A DNA stretch of 61,275 nt, counting the filler, from Asterionella formosa (taxonomy: Eukaryota): NCBI GenBank assembly GCA_002256025.1. It is 16 parts of 16 records of this genome, joined end to end, with 100 filler letters (N's around TTAATTAATTAA, not from the genome) between each part and the next. Parts side by side here need not be neighbours in the genome. Positions count along the whole stretch, not along the records: positions 23,050 to 26,788 come from NKIB01013939.1; positions 26,889 to 30,626 come from NKIB01013940.1; positions 30,727 to 34,464 come from NKIB01013941.1; positions 34,565 to 38,301 come from NKIB01013942.1; 12 more parts are not named here. One strand, written 5' to 3'. A program made the translations under genes and the position numbers. Positions 23,050 through 35,933 of the stretch are shown here, one piece after another. The notes beneath the pieces were generated by a model that made no database searches, had not been told where the DNA came from, and saw only the letters and a list, made by a program, of their open reading frames with translations. The number at the start of each line of letters is the position of its first letter. The stretch's first letter is position 1.

Positions 23050-25357
23050 ATTGCAGAGGCTCTCAAGGTCAATACTGTCTTGACTACACTTTCTCTCTGG
23101 AGTAATTCAATTGGTGATGAAGGAGCAAAGGCCATTGCAGAGGCTCTCAAGGTCAATACTGTCTTGACTACACTTGGTCTCTGGCGTAATTCAATTGGTT
23201 ATGACGGAGCCAAGGCCATTGAAGAGGCTCTCAAGGTCAATACTGTCTTGACTACACTTCGTCTCTTTGGTAATTCAATTGATGATGATTTACTAAATGA
23301 TATAAACAAACTCATTGATGCAAACAAGAACCGCAAACCAACAGTAGCCAACACAACTCAGCCAATGTCATGAACAACAACAACAAATGCAGCACATCCT
23401 TCTTCTTCAACAACTCCAACAACATTCACGATACCTGAATGGGAAGAAGATGTCAAACGGTTGAAAGCGAATGATCCAAGTTTGACTTCACTTAATCTCT
23501 ATAATAAAACAATTGGTGTTGACGGAGCCAAGGCCATTGCAAAGGCTCTCAAGGTCAATACTGTCTTGACTACACTTGATCTCGGAAGTAATTCAATTGG
23601 TGATGACGGAGCCAAGGCCATTGCAAAGGCTCTCAAGGTCAATACTGTCTTGACTACACTTTCTCTCGGAGGTAATTCAATTGGTGACGATTTACTAAAT
23701 GATATAAACAAATTCATTGATGCAAACAAGAACCGCAAACCAACAGTAGCCAACGCAACTCAGCCAATGTCATCAACAACAACAACAAATGCAGCATATC
23801 CTCCTTCCCCAACAACTTCAACATCAAGCAGTAACATTCCCACTGATCCCATTGTCGAAGATAGGTTTTTAACTAATCAACAACAGGAAGGCACCAATAT
23901 AAAAGGAGACAGTGAGCACATTGTACATGAGAATCTAGTCAAGCTAATGTCAAAGACGCAAAAAGACAATGAACGTATTAAGATTCTCATTGAATTTTTT
24001 GAAGACAAGAAGTCAAATCAAGCATCTAGTTTTCAACTCACAACCAAGCATCAGGAAATATTGAATGTATTACTTGAAAAAACAAGCCAGGATTCTGACG
24101 ATCAGGAGGAACAAAAGGCAATCCTTTCTTGTAAGAAATACAGTGAGTTCTATCTAGAACTTTTTGGCAAACTAAACTGTATGATTGGAGCTTGTGAGGG
24201 TCTTTCCTCAAACATGCTGGCAGCTGGTAGCAATGGTTCTGTACGTTCTTATATCATCCAACTTCTTAGAAATAATAAAGTTGAGCAAATCAAGAATACC
24301 AAAATTGGTGCACTTGTTGCTTATGCCATCGGAGTTGTTAAGAATGAAATACGATTACCTGGTGCGCATACAATTGGTTCCTTCTTTCAGATGATTGTTT
24401 AACTCAAAGAGAGTCGAGATCAGTGGCTGGGTGTTGCTAATGTTGCAGAATTTGCCACTCTAGCTTCCCTGAAGAGAAACAATTATGTATCATACAAGTA
24501 TGATGTAGAGTGCTTTGCTAGAATAATGGTACGGGCATTGCATGCTAACAAAACATTTGGCTCTATTGATGACAAGTTTGGGAGTTTCAAGACATCCATG
24601 CTGCTGTTGCTGGCTGAGAAAGCAAACACACCGGCAAGGGAGAAAGGATGTGCAGTTGCTGACTGTGCTCTTGCTCACATAATGAAGCCAGGAGTAGATA
24701 CTCCTCTCTACAATCTGTTTGATAGTTCAATTTCGAGATAAACCTGCATGAATGTCTTGCTGCAAATACCTTGAACATGACTATTGATGAAGTTAAGAAA
24801 CTACCAAAGATTCAACTACCGAATACAGTCACTACCATGAATGGAAATAATAGTTCTGTTTTGAATCAAGACATCAAATCCTGCGTAACTGACAAAACGA
24901 AAGTGGTTAGTGATAAAGAAGCTTTGGTCATCCAAGGATCCAGTGAAGTTGATGTTGATTATCTTGCCACAGAAGTGAAGCGGTTGAATGATTCTCAAAA
25001 GCAATACTCCCAGAGGCTGAATGATGCACTTGCAGATAGAGCCAAAGTTGAGCGCGAATTAGATGCTGTTAAACAAAATGTGGCCAAGATGAAGTCCCCT
25101 CCACAAAGCGTAAATTAGATGCACTTGACCAAAATGTGGCCAAGATGAAGCCCACACCACAAAGTGATGGCGGTCTAAAGTATGCAGATCATCGTGAAGC
25201 TTACAAGGATGAAGTTTGTAGGAATACTCAGGACATAAAGGAGGTAATGGAAAGAGAAAGGAAAGCTTTAGAACAAATTACAGCTTTAAGTGATGTGATA
25301 GCAAAGCTGCAGGAAGAACTTGACAGCATGAAGATGGAAAAACAGCCAAAACGGTAA
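23050..25357 (+). pseudogene. Ribonuclease-inhibitor/NLRC3-type LRR protein with C-terminal coiled coil, disrupted
   Basis: 28-aa repeats NSIGDxGAKAIAxALKVNTVLTTLxL. Premature TGA at 23371 where the paralogous module has TCA. Further stops and shifts near 24402, 24741 and 25118. Confidence 0.8.
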
Positions 25358-25499
25358 ATACTTTGGAGGAAGAACATTAAGTGATATGTTATCTGTTTTC
25401 TTGATGTAGTCATGATAAAAAATGATTAAGATATAACTGCATACTGGTGATTTTCTCCTAGTTCGATTCTCTTTTTCTTTTTCCAACCAATGCTCTTCC

Positions 25500-26283
25500 A
25501 AATTATCGTCATTAGAAAAGATTGCTTGTTGCTGCTGTGGTGCCTCCAGAATATGTTTCTGATCCCTGGTAGTTGTACATGTGACCTTAGCTATGTCTTG
25601 GTGCTGGATACTCATGATCAAACGTGTTCCATACTTTCTCAGGTGTTGACAGAAAAAGGTGATAATGTGGTGGTGGTGGTGCGCAGTCCACCCTAATGAC
25701 TACTTCACTAGGAGGTCGTGATTGACACCTTTGTTGATGCTTGTATCTTATTTTCTCCATTTTCCTGTGCAACGACTTTTGGCGAGTCTCATTGATATTA
25801 ATAGTTGTTGTTGCTGTAGTAGCTGAACAGCTTTCTCCCTTTGGGTATGTTGCAATGTCAGGTCTCGTCGAGTATTATCCTTTTGTTCACCATGAACGTG
25901 ACCATGAACGTGACCTGTTAGGCCGCTTCTCACATCAGGCCATTCGATAATCGAGATTCCTTTCTTGTGAAAAGTTTGATTTAATGATCCCAACAAAGGT
26001 TCATTCCAGAATCCATGAAGCACCGAAGACGGACTCTTTCCCCCATGCAAGCACTTGAGCAGCAGCGAGACCAAGATCACGGTGACCAGCCATGCAAACA
26101 TAGCTTGGCAGGTCATGTCTAATAAATGAGGTTGCCTCCTCCAAGTTAGGAATAGCTTTCACTCATCACTACATGGATCCAACTCAGTGTCATGGTCATC
26201 TGATTCTGTTGATGAATCAGGATTTGACTGTCCCTTGCTCCTGGAAGTAGTGGCAGTAGCAATATTGGACGAGATCAACATGA
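25500..26283 (-). pseudogene. Degenerate hypothetical membrane-anchored protein
   Basis: ORF 25748-26116 has a hydrophobic segment (AMFAWLVTVILVSLLL); the upstream in-frame ATG near 26282 is separated by a stop. Confidence 0.3.
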
Positions 26284-26888
26284 GTGTATCTTGAGTTCTT
26301 TAAAGGAGTGAAGCTTTGGGAATCGGGCAGTCGTCCTGATCTAGTAGCATTTGAATCACTCGTCACTTGTCACTTGCGCTCCCATGGTGCAAGAATACTG
26401 CTTTGATTAGTGCTCCACAGGTGGCTGCTGATTGAGATCCTGCCACAGTGTGACAATATTGTACTATCAACATCATCATCATCTTCTTAGGTCAACAATG
26501 TTGCTTGTTGGAAAGGGTGCTGGGAAAAGGGTTTCATGTGCATCATGGTGGAAGGGAGGGTTGTAAATTTGGAGGAGAACTTTCCTATGCAGGCAGTCGT
26601 GTTGGCTGGGCAGTCTGAAATCCAACAATCAACCGAAATTCCCATTTACTAGAGGGACAAGCACAAACTCTTGTCAATGAAGAAGTGTAGTACTAGATAA
26701 ACTAGCTAGCTAGTTTCTATAAATATAGTATTTTTACTATTCTCCTGCTATGTAGCAGCACAGTAGCTGTTTCTAGACTAGCAAAAAANNNNNNNNNNNN
26801 NNNNNNNNNNNNNNNNNNNNNNNNNNNNNNNNTTAATTAATTAANNNNNNNNNNNNNNNNNNNNNNNNNNNNNNNNNNNNNNNNNNNN

Positions 26889-27135
26889 TGCCCTTCAAAT
26901 GTGGTGGGGTGCTTATGTACTTTTCAACTACCAAGGCTTCACATTTAATGACTTTCTAATCTCAAATTTTGCTCTTTTATTCGCCCCTTTGGGTCTTGTT
27001 GCTGCCTTTCAAGGATTAACTGATAAAAACGAGGCAATGAAGAGTGCTGGACGAATTTTTTACTTGTTGGACAGGAAAAGTGAGATCGATCCATTGAGTG
27101 AAAAGGGTAAAAAGTTGGGTCATGGTGAGAGTTAG
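26889..27135 (+). CDS. 3' end of an ABCB (MDR/P-glycoprotein-like) transporter
   Basis: WWGAYVL...F.F.DFLISNFALLF...A..SAGRIFYLLDRKSEIDPLS matches the last helices and linker of an ABCB transmembrane domain; the 5' end is cut by the contig edge. Confidence 0.8.
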
Positions 27136-27677
27136 GGTAGGGTTAGGGCAAAGGGACGGCGCCTCTAGGCGTCCTCCCTATAGATAAAGTATGACTAATC
27201 CTACAGATGGAATCTGGTATGTGTAAGTACCGGTTGTTTTTTTTTGATATGAATTTGTAGAAGGGCACTGTGTGTACTTACCAGAGTGATGGCCATGTAA
27301 AAATGGTATTCATTATTATAATGTTATGCATGTCATATATATATATATATATAATTCGCATTCGCGGGTGCATCCTGAATGACATGGTGGAGTGGCAATA
27401 TTTGTTATTACTTTTTGGTATGGTTTTGCAATTCCGTGGGCACGGCAACAGTTGTGGCATGATGATATGGTTTGAAAAATGTAATTGTTGTCGGTACGAA
27501 AAAGATGTTCATGTCATATTTGAAGATGAGTTGGGTTCACTGAATTGAGTAAAGACCTTGCCATTTGGACAAGAATTGAATGAGAAACAATGGACGGTGT
27601 GATTGTCATGGTGTGTTTGTTTTTGATGTCAATGATAATGGTTATACGACAATGTTAACGCTTTACTGTACAGTATA

Positions 27678-29779
27678 ATGTACTTGTTAGGGTTACAACT
27701 TTTGTCACAATCTGACTTACAACTCAACCTAAAATCAACAATCGTTCAAACAGTTATCCCAATGTTCAAACAATCGATTCTACATATGTATATCAAATCA
27801 CGCAATGCATTTGACCAAACAAACGTAACTAACAAGCAGAAACTCTGTATGGAATCATTTGCCAAAATGACACTTTTTGACAATACTGCTACACTCACTA
27901 CTATGGAATTCGACAAAGAACACAGCATAGAGCCCAACCAACTCTCCAAATGAATTAATGATAAAATAAACAAAGCCACATTATCATTAAGGAAAGAGCT
28001 TGCTAAACTCAAGGAAGCATCACCATCAAAAAACACATCAAGAGGGGCAACCTATACTGTCAACACAACAGTCAAACATGGAAAGAAATCAACAAACAAA
28101 ACAACCAAGACAACTTCCAGAAAGAAAACAGACCAAAGCGCCTCACAAAAAAAGAAAAAAACAACCGATCACAACAACATAACCATCGACTCCAAAAACA
28201 AAGCCAACGTTATAGACTCAGGTACCTCAACAGAGAACAAAAAACTCTGACTCAGGTACCTCAACAGAGAACAAAAAACTCTCCAAAAAACTGACAAAAA
28301 AGAAGAAGACGAAATAGCTAAGAAACATTATCAATGCACGATTTCAATTACAAAACGCATCCATTACAACTTTGGATTCATCAGCAACCCAGAAAAATCA
28401 ATATCATACAACACAAAGAAACTTCTTCGAAACCTACCACCCTGGCTATATTTCTCAAGACCACAAAATATTGCATATCACAATCTCTCTACATCCTCTG
28501 AGAAAACCACATTTGGAATTAAATCACTTCTTGGACTTGGCCTCAATTTCTGTATAACGCCAAGATATTCACCCAAAAGTGAAACTATTGACTTCACAAG
28601 ATTCAACCGGGACATGTTAATAAAGTTTTACTTCGCAGGTTCTGAACCATTACCTCCAACTAAACTTTTCATTCCCTCCAGGTGGATACCTCCTCATCAT
28701 GAAATCACTTCCGAATTCCGTGTCAGAATCAATACGTTCAAAAAAACACTTCCGACTCTTTTTCGACACAAACACAGTCGACATAACCTCTTACCTTCAC
28801 AACAAAAGGCACTCGAATCACTAACAAACAATGAAAAAATCATTGTTTTCCGTTGCGATAAAAATCTTGGTCCTGCCATTATCGAACGCTCTCGATATAT
28901 TGACATGGCTTTCCGTGACCATCTTCTTAACAAAAATATCTATCGACAACTTTCAGAACAACAACCTGGAGGATGGATCAAGGCAATCACAAACCTGATT
29001 ACGAAGTTTACTCTTATGCACTTTAAACCAAAAGACACAGTATCAACGTTCCTTATCCGATCCCTACAAACAAAAGACCCATTTGCATACTTCTACTTAT
29101 TAGAAAAAGTACATAAGACACCACTGACAACCCAGGCAATCATCAGTGTCAGCGGAAGTATTTGCCATGGGCTCAGCAAATGGACTGATGGTTGTCTCCA
29201 AAAAATTACCAAACATCTTCCATTTACCCTCTCAAGCTCCTTCGAGCTTGTCCATGATATTCCTGCCATTAATAATGTTTCAACAACCGCCACCTTATTT
29301 ACTATGGACGCAATGGCTATTTACACCAACATAGACACCACACATGCACTTTCCGAGATCAATAAATTTCTACGCACAGACAGACCAGACATCTGCCTCA
29401 ACGAAAATATTAATATTGATGCACTCATGAACGCACTCGAAATTATCATACAACACAACATCTTTAAATTTGGTGATACATACTGGCTCCAAACATCCGG
29501 CACAGCTATGGGCACACCTCCGGCACCAACATATGCCACTCTTTATTTCGCAATTCACGAAACAAAAATTATCCCTACGTTTCCGCAAATATCCTTCTAC
29601 AGACGATATATTGACGATTGCTTTATAATCTGGGTCCCTACATCACCCACCCATATTGAAGATCAACATTCACACAACTTATTCATCAACTCAATGAATA
29701 CTTATGGCACGTTAAAATGGAATGCAGACCCACGAAGTTTATCAACAACCTTCTTGGATCTTACAATCTCTATTGATGG
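27678..29779 (+). mobile_element. Penelope-like retroelement (RT plus upstream basic ORF remnant), 3' truncated
   Basis: RT frame open from 28251 to 29810 with LGLGLNFCITP, CDKNLG, VHKTP, TMDAMAIYTNID, QTSGTAMGTPPAPTYATLY, YRRYIDD and FLDLTI, which are PLE-type RT motifs. Confidence 0.9.
28215..28282 (+). repeat. 33-bp tandem duplication inside the PLE
   Basis: gactcaggtacctcaacagagaacaaaaaactct occurs twice. Confidence 0.9.
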
Positions 29780-30626
29780 TTGTGATGGAATGAGGGGGAT
29801 GTTTGCGTAGTGTATTTAAGGTTAGACCTGGAAAATTGACAAGATACCCATGGAGTAATACGCTTTCCAAAGTGGAGATAACAGGAGAAAAGAGGGCCGC
29901 ATGGGCAAAGGCAACAAGGGCTGGTGCATTGGGACTGCCAATGGCGGTAGCAGCGTAGTGGGTAGGGGTAGGCAATGGTGGATCAATAGTGGCGGTGGTG
30001 ACATGCCATAATCGAGTGGTGGTGGAGCGATGGCCCTGAAGGATGCAATGACCATCGGATAAGACAGACATGTGTAGTTTGGTGAAGAGTACCTTGTAGC
30101 CAGAATCACATAGTTGTCCAATGCTCAATAAAGAGCAATTGTGTAGACCAGGGACAATGTGTACATGACAAGCAGCAGGTAAGAGCATAGGTAAAGATAA
30201 TTCGGCCTCATGTGTAGATTTAACATGGTTGCCGTTAGGAAGTTGAATGGTGATAGGGTTGGTGGTAGGTCGTTTGTTGATGACAGGTAAATCAACAGTG
30301 GCGTAATTGCCAGAACTACCAGAATCAGCAATGAGTGTGACGGGGGGACAAGTGATGGGAGATAAGTTTGTGTTAATAGTATTATCGACAGCAACTTGCT
30401 CCCCTCCACATCAAGCAAGTGGTGAAGGTGGCGGTGAAACACGGGGTGGCCGAGTAGGACGGGTACCATCACTGAAAATACGAACGCTGCCACCCAGACG
30501 TCGATCAAGGGTGGCATTGAGTTGATGGCCAGAAGCTGGATGATTGCAAGTTTCACTGGTATGGTCAGGGTTTTTGGTAAGACCATGAGTCCAACAATAG
30601 CCTAATTGGACATTGTTGTAAGTGTA
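29775..30626 (-). mobile_element. Ty1/copia (CoDi-like) internal fragment: gag knuckle, protease, start of integrase
   Basis: YCWTHG..H.S..C knuckle, IADSGSSG protease motif, SLLSIGQLCDSG, RLWHV, FAHAALFSP...NFPGLT. Confidence 0.88.
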
Positions 30627-30726
30627 NNNNNNNNNNNNNNNNNNNNNNNNNNNNNNNNNNNNNNNNNNNNTTAATTAATTAANNNNNNNNNNNNNNNNNN
30701 NNNNNNNNNNNNNNNNNNNNNNNNNN

Positions 30727-31104
30727 CTTCCTCGAGATGTAAATGATTCGATGTGTGTTACCGAATTCCACAAGCGGTTCAGCAGCTCGAGGCAAAGTAA
30801 GTTTCCAAACACTCCATGGACCCTGACGTTTGATGAGAGTTCGTTCTTGAAATCGAGTTATAGTCAATTCCATCTTTTGTCGCTTCTTCATAATAAGTCC
30901 TGAAAGCAGCGGTTGTGGTAGCGATGCACCAAACCCACCATCACAATCATCACAGTCGCAATCTCGACGACGCCGAATTGAGGCGAATGTCATGGATGCA
31001 ACAAATCCATCATCATGCGGTAGTAATCGTTGTGATGACGGTGTTGATTGATGTTTTATCGGCAACAATAATGGTTCGATGTCGTCATTGCTGTTCGTTG
31101 CCAT
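30727..31104 (-). CDS. 5' part of a hypothetical protein, cut by the contig end
   Basis: MATNSNDDIEPLLLP... stays open to the contig edge. Confidence 0.5.
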
Positions 31105-31286
31105 AGTGTTGGATTTATTATTTTCGAAGACATCTCGGCATGAAATTAGCGTCATATCATAATATAGGTAGGCATTGAATTAAATGAATCAAACGGAATA
31201 TCAAGATCAGAATTCGAAAACAATCTGCACCACCAGTAAAACCCATAATTCTATTAAAACTTTTAGAAATGATTTTAATCGATATC

Positions 31287-34200
31287 TGTTACATTGTTGA
31301 TCATATCTACAGCCTATTTGGTTCCTGAGGTATCCTTAAGGGATACAAGAAAGTTATAGAAAATTTCGGGATGCAATTTCAACAGTCTTGCTTATTAGAA
31401 TTTTCCAGCCAGGAAGTGCCACAAGATGAGAAACTAAATCAGGTGGACAGAGGAGAGTTCGGAGTCAAAAATTGAGGGTACCAGACCATTCAGAGTCTGA
31501 AGAAATCGCAAAAGGCGCAAAATGAGTGGCAAAGGAAGGTTTACATATGTAGAAGGCTCATATCAAGGGCAAGTTCCAAGCCAGGGGAGGGAGCAATCAT
31601 GCTTCTCATACCAACAAGAAGTCTATTTTTGACTACAATTATTACCTCTGATTCACAAAGCAGGCATCTGATTATGACAATACTACTGAATTCTTGATTA
31701 ATTACATGAAGAAAGAGTTCAACTATGGCAACATCATAGGAACTGCACTTGCATTATTAGAACCAATCATTGCATATTGGCATGGAAGCCAAGAATGCAG
31801 GTTAGCCTTGCAACTACAGATGAAGATTGCACTGCAGCAAATCAGCAATATGAAATTAAATTCAAGGCCAATTATGATGACTGTAGCAAAAGGGTACAGA
31901 CCTATGAAAATAATAATACCAATGCATGTGCATTGCTCTGGGAAAGATGTAACAAGGCCATGAAAAATAAGATTGAAGTGAGATTGGATTACATTAAAAT
32001 CAAGAATAACCCAATTACATTACTTATTGCAATTAAAGAACACAAACCAAATTATCAGGAAAATCGATATTCAATGTCAATCATTTTTGATGCAATGAGA
32101 TCGCTTTTGACTACAAAGCAGAGAGGAGAAAGTCTACAAGATTATACAAAGAGGTTACGTGTGGCACAACACGTGCGCAAGTTCCACATTGGGGGACCCA
32201 TAATTCTTAACAAGTTTGTCAAAGCCATGGAAGTAGGGTATGACAAGACAGATATCAAGCTGCGAGATAAATTTTGTGAACAGGCTTTCAGCCAATTCCT
32301 GGCCTACTTATACCTTCTTGACAATGCGGATAAGACCAAATATGGATCAATTCTGATAGGGCTTGCTTAATACTGCTCAAATTCCACATTGGGGGACCCA
32401 TAATCCTAAACAAGTTCATTGAAACCATGGAAGGGTATTACAAGATAGATATCAAGCTGCGAGATAAATTTTGTCAACAGGCTTTCAGCCAATTTCTGGC
32501 CTACTTACACCTTCTTGACAATGCTCATAAGACCAAATATGGCTAAATTCTGACCTGGCTTAATACTCAAAAGTCGCTTGACAACGAGCAATACCCAAAG
32601 AGTATGATCACCAAGTCAAAAAAGTAAGCATAGATTTGATGTAACAACCAAACCCAGCGGTCATAAGAATTCTGGGGATCATAGCTAAGATAGGGGAAAA
32701 AGGATGCAGGGAAGAAGGATGAAGATGTGAACTTGCCATTTGCACAACTAGAAGGAAAATTTCACTGCTGTGGAAGAACAGGACAGAAGTCACTATTGTG
32801 TCTTGGGAAGAATAAACCCAAAGAGGAATGGGCAATCAACAAAGCTCAACAAAGACATACACAGGCTATGACGTCAGGCACAAGTACGGTTACCTCTGTT
32901 ACTTCCAACCCACCATCACCACAATCTTCACAATAAGCAAATGTCAATCGAGGTGGATGGTGTGCGGGAGCTCATATCAAACTACAATTTTATCAAGAAT
33001 CTGAGATGCATGACTGGATACTATTGGATAATCAATCAAGTATCACAGTCTTTTGCAGTCCAAAAATGGTTGAAAACATTCGAATTACTAGCAACGGAAG
33101 CAAAAGGCTGATCTTCCACAATGGGGTATTCTGTGTGTTACAACACTGGAGGATTTAAAATTACAAAGATCCAATGTGACAACAAGTTTGGTCCTTATGA
33201 AAGTCACTATGAATTATGCCAACCCACAATAGTATGTTCCTGAAGCGGAATGCAAAAATTGTGTGATCAAAGAAGGCGCACATGCAAGTTATCACCGATT
33301 ACATTTCAAGCATTTGCCGCGGCTAATGATAGGGAGTTTAGTCACTGAATCTGCAAAGAAATTGAATTTCTGTTGGGCAATGAGTGGGATTTCCCCATAC
33401 TTCAGTCCACGTGTGATGCTACATCAACAAAAAGCTTGGACTATGCTTGACATTGCCAATATGTATTTGGCACTTATGTCAAAGCACATGAAGAACCTGT
33501 GTTTTCATAAAAATGCACCACACAGCCTAGATTGCATATATCTACGCTACAATGACAATCTGTAAGGAGTTCATGAGTTCCTACACCTCCCAACAAATTT
33601 GATGATCACTAGACGTACAGTTACTCCCTTTCCACTGGCTCCAGCAATCATAAATCAAGTACATGCCCTTGCTGAGCAGGAGAATATGCCAGACAGTCTC
33701 AAGATATCTATTTATGATAGTGCTTGGATTGCAGAAGTGGACTATTTTAAGACGCTTATGACGAAGATTATAGAAATCAAAAACAAGCTAGTGACGAAAA
33801 TAGTAATGACGAACTGCTCGAAGGAGACTATGATGAAATGGCTCCGGGTGAAAAATATGAAGCAGAAGAGTTCGAACAAGTTCATATCCAAGAGGGTGAC
33901 CGTGAACCAGAGGATGACAGCGATGATAGCGTTGGAATAATTGCTGATGAAATACAAGATGAGGACGAAGAATCAATGAATGAAACTGAAGACGAAGTAG
34001 CAATGATAGAAGAAGAAGTCAGTCCAAGCAATGAGTTTGACAGAGATCCAAATTTTAATGAAGGCGATCGGGAAATATTGATCAAGATAATGAATTTCTT
34101 GCAAGCAAATCAAAACGAGGTTGCATCTATGAGAGCTGATGAAACTCAGAGTATTAAGTGGCATGTTGACGCAGCGTTTGCAGTCCACAAGGATTTCAAA

Positions 34201-34335
34201 AGTCACACAGGAGCTACTTTGTCACTTGGAAAAGGAATTATTTTTTATGTGTCCAAAAAAGAAAAAGTGAACATGAGAAGCTCGACTGAAGCAGAATTGG
34301 CTGGTGTTGATGATATTATATTGAAGGTGTTGTGT
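31287..34335 (+). mobile_element. Degenerate Ty1/copia (CoDi-like) element with internal deletions (RT absent)
   Basis: gag from ATG 31522; knuckle HCCGRTG; protease DWILLDNQSS; integrase remnants (PEAE...IKE...RLHFKHLPR); RNase H IKWHVDAAFAVHKDFKSHTG...SSTEAEL. Possible LTR start TGTTA at 31287. Internal duplication 32181-32370 / 32381-32560. Confidence 0.88.
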
Positions 34336-34564
34336 TTTATTAAATTGAGTACTAAGGATATTGACGATGTCCAGCCACGCATCCAAGTCAGATCCAGACA
34401 GACCGTTTCCGACCCACCGTACCTACTACACTGTACAAACTGAGCAACAAACAGATGAAATAAANNNNNNNNNNNNNNNNNNNNNNNNNNNNNNNNNNNN
34501 NNNNNNNNTTAATTAATTAANNNNNNNNNNNNNNNNNNNNNNNNNNNNNNNNNNNNNNNNNNNN

Positions 34565-35290
34565 CTGTCAAGATGGGATGATTAAGGAAACATGTTAGCA
34601 AAGGTTCATCATCTAATTCAATTGAAAAAGTAGAAGTGGAAGTTGATGTTGGAGATTTCGGTCCAATATCAATATCATCCTCCACCAAAGACTCAAGCCT
34701 CAGAAGGCGAGAGATGGAATCTGCAATAGCATTGTCAGTCCCTTTCACATAGTAAAAAGTAGGATGGTATTCTTCAATGTAAAGTCTCCATCGTAGAACA
34801 CGTTGGGTATGTAATGTATTATAAATAAGATTTCGATGATCAGTGTGAACATGTAGAACTGCGCCCAATAACATAGAGCAAAAATTTTTGAAAGTTTCTA
34901 CCACAGAAAATATTTCTTTTTCAATAGTATTATAATTTTTTGAGCAATAGTATTATTATTACTTTTGAGCAGCAGATAATTTGAAAGAATAATAAGTAAC
35001 TGTGAGATCATTTTGCATTATGACCGACCCTAATTGATAATCAGAAGCATCAGTAAAGATATGAAAAGGAAGATTATGGTCAGGATAACGCATGAGTGTA
35101 TCTGCAACTAACAATGATTTCATTTCTTCAAATGCTTGTTGATGGATAGGTAACCAGACAAAGGGACTAGTTCCAATTAAATCCGTAAGCGGTCCAAGAA
35201 CATGAGATTGTCTAGGAAAAATGTCTCGATAGTAAGTAATACAACCGAGAAATGATCTAACTGGTTTAAGATGAGTAGGTGAAGACATAT
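34565..35290 (-). mobile_element. Ty3/gypsy fragment (RT thumb and RNase H)
   Basis: [61 protein letters not shown]. Near-identical to 49245-49535. Confidence 0.92.
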
Positions 35291-35334
35291 GTGAAAAAGG
35301 CTTGCATTACTTAGTCCAGGCCATATTGCAGCGA

Positions 35335-35933
35335 GCACTGTACCTGTGAAAGTATTGTCATACAAATCTAGATAATTGAGACTTGTCAAGAGTCCAATCT
35401 CTGTGGGAAGTGTGCCATTGAAAGTATTGTCAGACAAATATAGGCCATTGAGACTTTTCAAGAGTCCAATCTCTGTGGGAAGTGTACCAGTGAAAATATT
35501 GCTGGACAAAGATGGAGATAAGAGACTTGTCAAGAGTCCAGTCTGTGTGGGAAGTGTTCCAGTGAAAGTATTGCTTGACAAATCTAGATATTTGAGACTT
35601 GTCAAGAGTCCAATCTCTGTGAGAAGTGTGTCAATGAAAGTATTGCTGGACAAATCTAGATAATTGAGACTTGTCAAGAGTCCAATCTCTGTGGGAAGTG
35701 TACCATTGAAAGTATTGTAAGACGAATATAGATCAGTGAGACTTGTCAAAAGTCCAATCTCTGTGAGAAGTGTGACATTGAAAGTATTGCTGGACAAAGA
35801 GGAAGAAAAGAGTTTTTCCAAGAGTCCAATCTGTGTGGGAAGTGTACCAGTGAAAATATTGCTGGACAAAGATGGAGATAAGAGACTTGTCAAGAGTCCA
35901 ATCTGTGTGGGAAGTGTTCCAGTGAAAATATTG
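35335..35933 (-). pseudogene. Plant-type 24-aa LRR array (about 8 repeats), left arm of an inversion
   Basis: Repeats LTSLxxLxLSSNTFTGTLPTEIGL; no N-terminus. Confidence 0.8.

Noticed and set aside
27685..27695. TTAGGGTTA as a telomeric cap on the Penelope-like element
   Set aside because: Only about 1.5 units, and G-rich on the sense strand, whereas telomere-capped PLE 5' ends show the C-rich strand.
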